A stretch of 64,000 nt of DNA from an uncultured Dehalococcoidia bacterium (GTDB lineage: Bacteria; Chloroflexota; Dehalococcoidia; Lucifugimonadales; UBA1127), in the NCBI GenBank assembly GCA_913049785.1, contig CAJWXP010000003.1, forward strand, positions 14,890 through 78,889. The letters are read 5' to 3'. The position numbers were made by a program, and so were the translations under genes. This document shows positions 17,459 through 25,835 of this stretch, piece after piece (within the stretch, counting starts at the first letter, position 1; each line of letters opens with the position of its first letter). The notes beneath the pieces are model-generated. The model was not told the origin of the DNA. It did not search any database and saw nothing but the letters and a program-made list of their open reading frames with translations.

Positions 17459-18256
17459 TCACAGTTGTGAGGTGACCTCACCTGAATTGAGCGCGATGGT
17501 TGACCCGTCCGACTTACGCAGAATCAGGTCGCCGTTGCGGTCGACGTCCGAGGCCATGCCCTCTTCAATGTGATCGCCCTGACGCACACGAACATGCTGG
17601 CCAAGGGTGTCCAGACAGCTTCGCCACTCTTGGTACAACGAATCACCGGCGTCTAACGTTCTGTACAGTGCATCGAACGTACGCAGGAAGCCCCGCAACA
17701 CGTCCAGTCGCGACACCTCGTACCCTAGCGACCTGGCAAGGCTTGTAGCTTCCGCAGGAGGGTCAAGCACAGGTGTGGGGTCGTAGTTCACGTTCAGCCC
17801 CATACCCATGATGACATAGCTGCTATCACTGGTTCCTTTTTGTGGCCTCGCGGCCAGGTGGCCCTCGATCAACACCCCGCACACCTTCTTACCGTCGATG
17901 CGAACATCGTTGGGCCACTTCACGGTCGGCTTAAGCCCTGTCATGTCGCGTATGCAGCGCACAAGGGCCACGGTGGCCGCCATGTTCATGTCTCGCAGCA
18001 GTTCCGGCGATGGTCGTAACACGATGGAGAAGGTGAGGTTGGTCCCCGGCGATGATGCCCACGGTCGGTTGAAGCGACCCCGCCCCAACGTCTGCGTGTC
18101 AGCGACGACCAGCGTGCCTTTAGCGCACCCCCCTTCCGCCATGCGCCTGGCGACGTCCATGGTGCTGGACACCGTGACATACGACCGCACACGGCAGCCC
18201 ATAACGGCGGTGCCGAGGTCGTTCTTGATAGCGCGGGCTGATAGGTCAGTGGTCAT
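17459..18256 (-). CDS. birA: biotin--[acetyl-CoA-carboxylase] ligase
   Basis: GRGRFNRPW motif, KWPNDV, and a C-terminal SH3-like tail. Confidence 0.9.
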   Translation of the reverse strand: MTTDLSARAIKNDLGTAVMGCRVRSYVTVSSTMDVARRMAEGGCAKGTLVVADTQTLGRGRFNRPWASSPGTNLTFSIVLRPSPELLRDMNMAATVALVRCIRDMTGLKPTVKWPNDVRIDGKKVCGVLIEGHLAARPQKGTSDSSYVIMGMGLNVNYDPTPVLDPPAEATSLARSLGYEVSRLDVLRGFLRTFDALYRTLDAGDSLYQEWRSCLDTLGQHVRVRQGDHIEEGMASDVDRNGDLILRKSDGSTIALNSGEVTSQL

Positions 18257-18326
18257 AGGCTCATTTCAAACAAAATAGGTTGGAATACGTCGTATCCAAA
18301 ATCAATTAACTGTTAACCTTCGCCTG

Positions 18327-18773
18327 CTAAGAGTGAAATGTCACCTGGTACTGAGTTCTCTTGCTAGCTATAAGCGAAGTGTATTGTTTGTAGTCGAGCA
18401 ATATATAGTCATCCATGTCTACATGAACAATGCACAAACGGTAGTTGTCCAAGGACTTGAATAAATCCTCTTCATTTTTTGTGATCCCGAAGAACACTCC
18501 ATAAGGCAGTTTCTTGACCGTTTTAGATCTCGTTGTTTTGATCTCAACAAAATTAAAGTCACTCGTCGTCTTGATGTCTTCAAACTTTTCCTTATTGCTT
18601 ATCACACCATCGATAGCGTTGAAGAATCGTTTAAAATCGATGCCTGCGATTTTGTATAACTGGATTTTTTGTTCCTTCGTCGGAACAAAAAAAGATTCCA
18701 GTTTTCGTCTCAAGAGAACAATCCCATCCTTCTCGGTCTTAAGATTTCTAGTGTTTTGTTCTCTCATGGCCAT
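18327..18773 (-). CDS. PD-(D/E)xK nuclease-like (DUF3883-like) small protein in AT-rich islet
   Basis: FNFVEIKTTRSK...FFGITKNEEDLFKSLDNYRLCIVHV matches the D..EVK..f.lt.nE..a...Y.ly pattern. Start moved to ATG 18773, because the ORF-track start at 18881 runs into rnpB. Confidence 0.5.
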   Translation of the reverse strand: MAMREQNTRNLKTEKDGIVLLRRKLESFFVPTKEQKIQLYKIAGIDFKRFFNAIDGVISNKEKFEDIKTTSDFNFVEIKTTRSKTVKKLPYGVFFGITKNEEDLFKSLDNYRLCIVHVDMDDYILLDYKQYTSLIASKRTQYQVTFHS

Positions 18774-18836
18774 ACTTGTTGATCCTAATTCTTTTTGATA
18801 TGCCACGTGGACGCTGAAGGGACTGAAAGAAAAGAT

Positions 18837-19240
18837 AGGGGCCGGTGGGCCTATAAGCCGAGTTCTGTACCTGCCAGCCATCAGTTTACGCCCCGAAAGG
18901 CTTCATCCTAATGAGCGGACAGGCGGTGGCCATCCCTCTGGGACTCCCATTGCTGAAAGCCTCGTGCAGCCAACCCGGGGACGGGTCGGGCACCCATAGT
19001 CCCCCTATTTGGCCTTGCTCCGGGTGGGGCTTGCCCGCCGTCGCATCGCTGCGAACGGCCGGGAGCTCTTACCTCCCGATTTCACCCTTGCTCCGGCAAT
19101 CCGAAGCGGTTTGTTTCTGTGGCGCTATCCGTCGGGTCACCCCGCCTGGATGTTATCCAGCACCCTGCCCGGTTGGAGCTCGGACTTTCCTCTCCTCCTG
19201 AACAAGTCGGGAAGAGCGACCACCCGGCCCACCGGCCCCG
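18837..19240 (-). ncRNA. rnpB: RNase P RNA, bacterial type A
   Basis: On the minus strand: GGAGGAGAGGAAAGTCCGAGCTC, CCACCCGGAGCAAGGCCAAATAGGGGG and ACAGAACTCGGCTTATAGG, matching conserved M1 RNA blocks. P1 pairs GGGGCCGGTGGGCC (5' end) with GGCCCACCGGCCCC (3' end). Confidence 0.9.
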
Positions 19241-19245
19241 CACAT

Positions 19246-19254
19246 ATTATAACA
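19246..19254 (-). promoter_or_regulatory. extended -10 (TGTTATAAT) for rnpB
   Basis: TGTTATAAT ends 5-6 nt upstream of the predicted rnpB 5' G. Confidence 0.45.
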
Positions 19255-19329
19255 GCCCAGGTTGAGCCCATGAGCGTGTCTCAAAGGGAAGACGAGGTTG
19301 AACGTCGGTCACGGGCTGGGTTCGTGTTA

Positions 19330-19381
19330 GGGAGTCCAGAGGGCTAGTCCCTTTGGCAAGGGGTTTGGGGGATGTGCCCCC
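19330..19381. repeat. family-B repeat
   Basis: GGGAGTCCAGAGGGCTAGTCCCTTTGGCAAGGGGTTTGGGGGATGTGCCCCC. A related copy lies at 29632..29686. Confidence 0.6.
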
Positions 19382-19402
19382 AATTAAGAGACATGATCCT
19401 GC

Positions 19403-20116
19403 TTACCCTACTGGTGAGAAGAGGAATCGACCGCAACTGCTGCACCGCATCGGAGTCGTAGTCGTTCGTAGCTTCTGAAGCTCGTGCGATGGCACCGCGA
19501 TGGTGCATCCACTACACATGCCCCGCTCCACCTTTGCGATAGCCATCCCCTTGGACTTCTGCAGGAGCCGATAGGTCTTGAGGTCGGAGGCATCCACTGC
19601 GGTCTCAGCGGTCTGGTACGCCGCGGCAACGTCCTTGGCGTGCAGCTCTAACTCCTGTTGCTGCTCTTGGAGCGTAGGTATCTCGTTCTCATAAGCAGAC
19701 TCAGCAGCAGCCAGCTCCGCATCGATGGTGGCCACAGCCTTCTGCCCGGCCTCCACCCGCTCCATCTTCTCCAGCAGCTTCTCCTCAAGCCCGGACTGCT
19801 TCTCCTTGGTGAACTTGATCTCATGTTGGAGGGCAAGCAAGTCTTTGGACGCCGCCGTATTGCCGCTGTACAGCTGTTGCTCCAGCTCTTTCAATCGATC
19901 CGTCGTCTCCTGCACGTCCACATCAAGTTCGCTCTGTTGAAGCTGAAGCTTGGTGAACGCTTGATTGACCCTGGTGGAGCGGTCTCGTGACCGAGCGACG
20001 CCCTCGTTATGGTCGAGGCGTGACACGACCTCAGCCAGGTCGGCCTTGCTCTTCTGGAGGTCGCCCTCCATCTCTTGGAGCTCATACAGCGCTTGGACAA
20101 CATCCATCGGCATCAC
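19403..20116 (-). CDS. coiled-coil protein with C-terminal C4 zinc ribbon (COG1579-like)
   Basis: Long heptad-rich region, then CSGC...17 aa...CSSCGR. Confidence 0.8.
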   Translation of the reverse strand: MMPMDVVQALYELQEMEGDLQKSKADLAEVVSRLDHNEGVARSRDRSTRVNQAFTKLQLQQSELDVDVQETTDRLKELEQQLYSGNTAASKDLLALQHEIKFTKEKQSGLEEKLLEKMERVEAGQKAVATIDAELAAAESAYENEIPTLQEQQQELELHAKDVAAAYQTAETAVDASDLKTYRLLQKSKGMAIAKVERGMCSGCTIAVPSHELQKLRTTTTPMRCSSCGRFLFSPVG

Positions 20117-20258
20117 TCACGTATTGGGTTGGGGTTTAACAGAATAGCAATGATTCTATGGAAGCGCCCTAGCTGTGTCAACGAGAGCGAGGTCGTTGCC
20201 GCTGTTGATGCCGGGCCGTACAATACAGCCAACAAGAAGGCAAACGTGGGAGGTCAGC

Positions 20259-20681
20259 ATGCAGAAGACAGAAGGAATGAAGCAACAGTACGAGAGCCTT
20301 GAGTGGTCCGGACCCATCGACGACGAGTCGGTGGTGCAGTCCGATTCCTTGCTGACCTTCCCGTACGAGTATCCCGGCTCAGACACGGAAGTCTCCATAG
20401 ACACCGACGAGTTCACCGCCGTCTGTCCTTGGACGGGACTGCCGGACTTCGGGGCCCTGGTGGTCACCTACGTCCCCGGCGACGTCTGCCTTGAGCTGAA
20501 ATCGGTCAAGTACTACTTGCTAGCGTATCGCAGCGTGGGCATCGTGCAGGAGCATGCCGCCAACCGCATCTTGAACGACCTTGCAGCCGCGTGCAGTCCT
20601 CGCAGCATGACCCTCACGCTCGACTACAACACTCGAGGTGGACTGCACACCGTTGTGACCGCGCATTACCCCGTTCAATAG
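20259..20681 (+). CDS. queF: NADPH-dependent 7-cyano-7-deazaguanine reductase (unimodular type)
   Basis: EFTAVCPWTGLPDFG (catalytic Cys), LELKSVKYYL and QEHAANRI motifs. ATG 20259 is preceded by GGGAGG. Confidence 0.9.
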   Translation: MQKTEGMKQQYESLEWSGPIDDESVVQSDSLLTFPYEYPGSDTEVSIDTDEFTAVCPWTGLPDFGALVVTYVPGDVCLELKSVKYYLLAYRSVGIVQEHAANRILNDLAAACSPRSMTLTLDYNTRGGLHTVVTAHYPVQ

Positions 20682-20718
20682 CCAGTTCCCGGCTTTTGCT
20701 ATCCGTCGCATGCTTGAG

Positions 20719-20743
20719 AACACAGGTCCAGGCCATCGCCTGG
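20719..20743. repeat. family-A-related fragment
   Basis: AACACAGGTCCAGGCCATCGCCTGG. An opposite-sense CCCTGCGGGTTACC lies at about 20790..20805. Confidence 0.4.
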
Positions 20744-20886
20744 CTGAATCCAAGAGCCATTCCCCTGCGTAGCTACATCCGGGAGGGATGTCCCTGCGGG
20801 TTACCGATGTGTTAACCACTCCCCGGCCTTGGCATCGCTATCCCGGAATACACATCAATGTACTTCGGTTCATATTAAACCCTTTC

Positions 20887-20895
20887 TGATATACT
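20887..20895 (+). promoter_or_regulatory. extended -10-like motif TGATATACT upstream of the protease gene
   Basis: The same GATATACT motif is seen at 28498, 32890 and 42474(-). No clear -35. Confidence 0.3.
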
Positions 20896-20954
20896 GGCTC
20901 CGTCTCATACCAGCGCAGCGCTCGCTGCGCGTGAGGACATAGGGAGTACAAGAT

Positions 20955-22295
20955 ATGGCGAGGAAATTCCTGGCAGTGCCCATCGCAATACTTCTTATGA
21001 CGGCAATCGCCTGCGGGAGTGAAACAGCAGAACCAGTGGTTGTTGAGCCATCACCCACAGCGGTTCAGCCCCCACCGACGATAGCACCCTCACCTACGGC
21101 AACGCCCATACCATCGCCAACGGCTATCCCGACTCCCCAGCCAACTGCCACCCCTGTCTCAACAGCAACACCGATGCCTACGCCCATTCCCACGCCAACG
21201 TTGCCTCAAGTGCTGAAGGCGTTGAATGAATCTGTGGTGCAGGTTTTGACCAGCGCAGGCCAGGGCTCCGGCGTCATCATTGACCAGCTTGGTTATGTCC
21301 TGACCGCCAACCACGTTGTTGGGGCAGAGGCCACCGTGACCGTCATCCACCAGGACGGCACTGAAGAGAAGGCCGTCGTCCTTGGTCGTGATGATGTCCG
21401 TGATCTGGCCATCTTGAGAATCAGCGGCGGGTCACACCTTCGTGCGGCACCCCTTGGTAACATCGCAGACGTTGAAGTCGGGGACAGGGTGATGGCCGTG
21501 GGCTATACACCCTTCAATGAAGCAACAACGACTACTATCGGTTCTGTCTCGGAGTTCTTGCCCCACGAGACTGAAGGCTTTGCCTACCTCCAGACGGACA
21601 ACACGTTCTACGCCGGGCAGAGTGGCGGCCCCGTCATCACGGGAAAGGGCCTGGTCATCGGCATCGTGAGTCGCTCACCAAACACAACGGCTGCACTGGT
21701 CACCCTGGGGTGGGCCATCGCGATGGACGACGATACCAGGGCTCTCATCCTTCGCATGGAGACCGGAGAGGTCAACCTTTTCAGCGGCCTGCCGGGATAC
21801 GGTCACAGCTATCGGAACCCCGCTCCCGTGAACCACCCCGTACGGGTGCTTGGCCGATACTTTGACGGCAGCCCCATTGCCCATGACATCACTATTTTGC
21901 AGGTGATCCGTGGCGAGACCGCATGGGAGCAGATCCAAGAGGCGTACCAGTTCAATTCCCCCGCCCAGCCCGGCACGGAGTACCTCTTGATCCAAGTCCG
22001 CATGGACTATTCCAGCGGCCCTGAAGGTCAGACGGACTGGATCCATCAACTCGACTTCGGACTGCTCTCAACGCAAGGGCACGCATACGGCATACCGTGG
22101 TGGCTGACACCGCCGGAGCCCTTTTTGACAGCTCAGCTCTATCCCGGCTCAACCATTACCGGGTGGACCGCCTGGCAGATAGCGATTGAAGACACCAACC
22201 CCATGCTCATCTTTGGGTTGGACTCTTTCTACCGAAGCAAGGCATACTTTTCCACTGCATCCACAGAGGAAGAGGAAGCTGTGCCGGAGGCCTAA
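20955..22295 (+). CDS. lipoprotein-type trypsin-like (S1) serine protease with Pro/Thr linker and C-terminal DUF4352-like domain
   Basis: Lipobox LLMTAIAC-G, PT-rich linker, triad contexts TANHVV / RDLAILRI / GQSGGPVI. Confidence 0.8.
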   Translation: MARKFLAVPIAILLMTAIACGSETAEPVVVEPSPTAVQPPPTIAPSPTATPIPSPTAIPTPQPTATPVSTATPMPTPIPTPTLPQVLKALNESVVQVLTSAGQGSGVIIDQLGYVLTANHVVGAEATVTVIHQDGTEEKAVVLGRDDVRDLAILRISGGSHLRAAPLGNIADVEVGDRVMAVGYTPFNEATTTTIGSVSEFLPHETEGFAYLQTDNTFYAGQSGGPVITGKGLVIGIVSRSPNTTAALVTLGWAIAMDDDTRALILRMETGEVNLFSGLPGYGHSYRNPAPVNHPVRVLGRYFDGSPIAHDITILQVIRGETAWEQIQEAYQFNSPAQPGTEYLLIQVRMDYSSGPEGQTDWIHQLDFGLLSTQGHAYGIPWWLTPPEPFLTAQLYPGSTITGWTAWQIAIEDTNPMLIFGLDSFYRSKAYFSTASTEEEEAVPEA

Positions 22296-22401
22296 GGACA
22301 CCGGAACACACGCAAGACAATGATCGGTTGCACAGCATCGAGGGGAAATTCAGGGCCTCTCGTTGTATTGACGAGAGAACCACCTGAACAAGGAGATAGT
22401 C

Positions 22402-23169
22402 ATGTTCGATTGGGCATCAACCAAAGGTCTACTTTCCATGGCCGGCTCAGCGTTGATGATAATGCTGGGAATTGGTATCGGCGTTGGTTATGTCCTGTTC
22501 CAGCCATCCGCCTCTGAGGCGTCTTCTCGCACAGAGACTAACGTGGAGCGCATCAGTCGTCTGGAGGCATCCATTGCGGAGAAAGACGCGCGATTCAATG
22601 ACCTGCTGAACCAAATTGCCGGGTACAAACAGGAGATCTCTCGTGGTAAGGCCACCAGTGGGGGCCTGACAGAGAAGATCACCCAGCAGCAGTCCACCGT
22701 CACCGCATCAGAACTCGCGGAGTCATCAGCTACGGACGACCTCGTCGCCAGCCAGGATCAGGTCGCTTCGTTAGAGGACCAGCTTGCCATCATGGCCGCA
22801 TTACAACGCCACATCGCGGATTTTGAAAGTACCATCGAACCGATGGACAGTGACCGGCTTCTCCTGGTAGAGCTGCGGAAGAGCATGCCGGACACCCTGG
22901 ATGAAGCGGTGAAGTACTGGAAGTCGGTCAAAGACCAGGCCGTTCAGTCAGCCCCCGGCCTCGGCACCAAAGTAGACAGGGTCATTCGACTCCTGCCCGC
23001 CTATTTCGATTGGCTTGAGGGGACTTACACAGACACCTGTGATTCCGTGCTGGCCTTCTTCGACTCCGGCGCTGTGGAGTTCGGCACAGTGTCTGGAGAC
23101 CTCCAGAACGATATATTCCTGGTGATGATCAACCGCATGGACAGCGCAATCAACCTGGTTGAAAATTAA
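22402..23169 (+). CDS. membrane-anchored coiled-coil protein
   Basis: N-terminal TM helix (LMIMLGIGIGVGYVLF), then heptad-rich region. No family recognised. Confidence 0.6.
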   Translation: MFDWASTKGLLSMAGSALMIMLGIGIGVGYVLFQPSASEASSRTETNVERISRLEASIAEKDARFNDLLNQIAGYKQEISRGKATSGGLTEKITQQQSTVTASELAESSATDDLVASQDQVASLEDQLAIMAALQRHIADFESTIEPMDSDRLLLVELRKSMPDTLDEAVKYWKSVKDQAVQSAPGLGTKVDRVIRLLPAYFDWLEGTYTDTCDSVLAFFDSGAVEFGTVSGDLQNDIFLVMINRMDSAINLVEN

Positions 23170-23221
23170 TCGGACACAGAGCCCTCAACCTTGGCTATCA
23201 GACCGTAACGAGGAGCGGAGT

Positions 23222-25732
23222 ATGAATCGGAGTTTCGCAGCAGTCCTGGCCCTCTTGGCCGTGACGATGCTGTTCACCGGCGGCCCTGGCGCAGTTCTGG
23301 CTGACGGGCATGATGCCCCGGTCACTGTAGAGGCGCCTCCCTCAAACGTAGAAATCCCTGAGTTCGCTTCACCGTTCATCAGTTCTGTAGCGGGCGCCGC
23401 AAACCCCGCTCCGTTCACGTACCTCACGCCAATAAGCCACCTGCTCTCAAGTTCCGTGGGCCTCATGGCGCGGGGATTCGATCCGCGACCAAATCTGGGG
23501 ATCAGTAGCCAGTCCAGAGGCGGTAATGTGCCTCCACCAGGCTTGGCATGGGAAGCGTTACCTGAAGTGTTCATGGCTCCGATGACGCCTCCCAGCGCAC
23601 CTGTGAGCCAGGGTGCTGGCCTTGTCCCCTTCAGGGATCCCGCACCGGCGTTTAGTCGCAATATCCTGATTCCGAGGGACTTCTCCAGCGCGCCACTGCA
23701 GACAGAGCCCAGCATTGCAGTGAACCCCAACGACCCCGACCATCTGGTCATGGGATCGATCGACTACAACTTCCCTAACGTCACTAACTACGTCTCTATC
23801 GACGGTGGTGTGACCTGGGAAGGACCGTTCCGACCGTCCTACCTGTCTGAAGACGTCGGCTCCGGCGGAGACGCCGTGGTGGCATTTGACCGTGATGGCA
23901 ACGTGTACATCATCTTCATCTCCATCGGCATTGAAGAATTCACCATCGGGCCGGCTGCAGACCAGGCTGTGGTCTCCAGCATCGGTATTTCCAAATCTGA
24001 GGACGGTGGTCGAACGTGGGGTGAGCCCGTGTCATCCTTCCGAAGCGGTATATCCAAGAATCTCTCCCCAGCTTCCGACGGGCGTCTAGAAGGTGACATC
24101 GCCATCAGCTTCCTAGACAAGCCGTGGCTAGCCATAGGACCAAGCCAGGATGACCCAGACGTGGACGCCATTTACGTCACCATGACGGAGTTCACCTCAC
24201 GGTTCCCCATCATCTTCCCGTTTGGCGGCACCTTCCCGTTCTTTGGAGTCCCCGTCCTTGAGACGGCCATCAAAGTCGTTAGCTCTACCGACGGCGGTCA
24301 GACGTGGAGCGATGCCACAACCGTGGGCCCGGTGGTTCGAAGGATATTCGCCAGCGGCGGATCATCCGAGGAAGAGCTTGATGCTAAAACGCAGGACGTA
24401 AAACTACAGGACGCCCCTAGCGGCGCGATAGGCACCCAGAGGGTCCTGCAGGGTTCCCAGCCAGCGGTAGGATCGGACGGCTCGGTTTACGTGACCTGGC
24501 TCGACTCGACCGACGACGACTCGATGGAGGGGCTGGCGGAGAACTACATCGCACGCTCAGACGACGGTGGGGAGACCTTCGGGGAACCCGTGCGCACCTC
24601 GGTGTTCAACGAACCCGGCTTCCTGCCCCGTAACGGCTTCTTCCGGTACTGGGGTTCAGCGTTCCCGCAGATAGCCGTAGGGCCGAACGACGAGGTGTAT
24701 GTTGTGTACACCGCCAAGCCCCCGGACGACCCCACCGACGATGGTGACATCTACTTGGTCCGGTCTACTGACCGCGGCGAGACGTGGGACCGTCCGGTCA
24801 CCCTGAACGGCGATGACACGGACCACCTTCAGTTCTTCCCGAGCATCGCCACGTCGCCTAACGGCACGCTGCACGTTATGTGGGGCGACTTCCGTGACGA
24901 TCGTGCGCAGACGCGGTACCAGATCTACTACACCACGTCTGAAGATGGGGGCGACACCTGGGGGTTCAAGGACGAGACTCTGAATATAGACACCCGTGAC
25001 ACTCGCGTCTCAGACTTCCACTCCAACGCCAACAAGGGGTTCCCCGGCGGCGTGTTCATTGGTGACTACTTTTCAATCGCCGCTTCTGACAAGGATACCT
25101 ACCTCACGTGGGCAGACACACGCCTGGGCGAGTTCGGCCCGGTCAACCAGAAGATCGGCTTTACGCGACGCGCCCCCATCCAATCGCCTGAAGTGTTCCT
25201 GAGCCCGCCCGCAGGCCCTGGTGGTCAGCCGGTGACCCTGCAGGGATTCAACTTCCAACCGGACATCAACGTCATCATCCGCGTGAGCGGTGTTGCCGTG
25301 GCCACGGAGCGCACCAATGAGCTTGGCCGGTTCACCAGCCAGGTGTTCATACCTATCTCCGGCGAGGGTGCTCACGCCGTAAACGTGTTCGACGATTCCG
25401 GGAACGCGGCAACGTCGTCGTTCTTCATGGAGTTCGGCTTCGATAACGTCCAGGAGACCCAGGAGTTGCTTGCGGAGCGGATTCAGAGCCTGGAGTCTCG
25501 TATCGATGGCATCAGCGGTGAATTTAACGATGTGCTCCAGGCCCAGATAGACGCCCTGAAGGCCGGGATCGTTCAACCGGAGATCCCCGAAATTCCAGCG
25601 CCCATCATTGAGAATACTCAAGTTCCCTGGTGGCTCCTGATCGTCGGTGTGGCAGGCACGGCTGTCGTCGTAGCGGGTCTGACCTACTTCATCGCCAGGC
25701 CCAGGTCGCCTGAACGTTGGGAAAGCGTCTAA
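23222..25732 (+). CDS. Asp-box (BNR) repeat sialidase-fold exoprotein with Ig-like domain, coiled coil and C-terminal TM anchor
   Basis: Six S-x-D-x-G-x-T-W boxes (SIDGGVTW, SEDGGRTW, STDGGQTW, SDDGGETF, STDRGETW, SEDGGDTW). Signal peptide begins at ATG 23222, after GAGGAG. C-terminal WWLLIVGVAGTAVVVAGLTYFIARPR. Confidence 0.8.
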   Translation: MNRSFAAVLALLAVTMLFTGGPGAVLADGHDAPVTVEAPPSNVEIPEFASPFISSVAGAANPAPFTYLTPISHLLSSSVGLMARGFDPRPNLGISSQSRGGNVPPPGLAWEALPEVFMAPMTPPSAPVSQGAGLVPFRDPAPAFSRNILIPRDFSSAPLQTEPSIAVNPNDPDHLVMGSIDYNFPNVTNYVSIDGGVTWEGPFRPSYLSEDVGSGGDAVVAFDRDGNVYIIFISIGIEEFTIGPAADQAVVSSIGISKSEDGGRTWGEPVSSFRSGISKNLSPASDGRLEGDIAISFLDKPWLAIGPSQDDPDVDAIYVTMTEFTSRFPIIFPFGGTFPFFGVPVLETAIKVVSSTDGGQTWSDATTVGPVVRRIFASGGSSEEELDAKTQDVKLQDAPSGAIGTQRVLQGSQPAVGSDGSVYVTWLDSTDDDSMEGLAENYIARSDDGGETFGEPVRTSVFNEPGFLPRNGFFRYWGSAFPQIAVGPNDEVYVVYTAKPPDDPTDDGDIYLVRSTDRGETWDRPVTLNGDDTDHLQFFPSIATSPNGTLHVMWGDFRDDRAQTRYQIYYTTSEDGGDTWGFKDETLNIDTRDTRVSDFHSNANKGFPGGVFIGDYFSIAASDKDTYLTWADTRLGEFGPVNQKIGFTRRAPIQSPEVFLSPPAGPGGQPVTLQGFNFQPDINVIIRVSGVAVATERTNELGRFTSQVFIPISGEGAHAVNVFDDSGNAATSSFFMEFGFDNVQETQELLAERIQSLESRIDGISGEFNDVLQAQIDALKAGIVQPEIPEIPAPIIENTQVPWWLLIVGVAGTAVVVAGLTYFIARPRSPERWESV

Positions 25733-25748
25733 AGCAATCAATAAGTGA

Positions 25749-25783
25749 CTCCCTCCCCACTTGGGGGAGGGTTAGGGCGAGGG
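25749..25783. repeat. family-P hairpin repeat (possible terminator of the Asp-box gene)
   Basis: CTCCCTCCCCACTTGGGGGAGGGTTAGGGCGAGGG. Confidence 0.6.
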
Positions 25784-25835
25784 ACTTGGGGGCATCTCAG
25801 TTCCCAAACAAGCGAATTAGCACAGGGAGACATTA

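Noticed and set aside
18911-19347. ORFs 18911..19201(+) and 19009..19347(+), and the 5' part of ORF 18327..18881(-).
   Set aside because: They overlap the RNase P RNA gene, whose conserved blocks and P1 pairing are unambiguous. The translations are Pro/Gly/Arg-rich with no family resemblance.
20117-20258. preQ1 riboswitch upstream of queF.
   Set aside because: I looked for the small hairpin followed by an A-rich tail (..CCC..UA.AAAAACUA..) and found nothing resembling it. The region is only ~140 nt with an ordinary SD.
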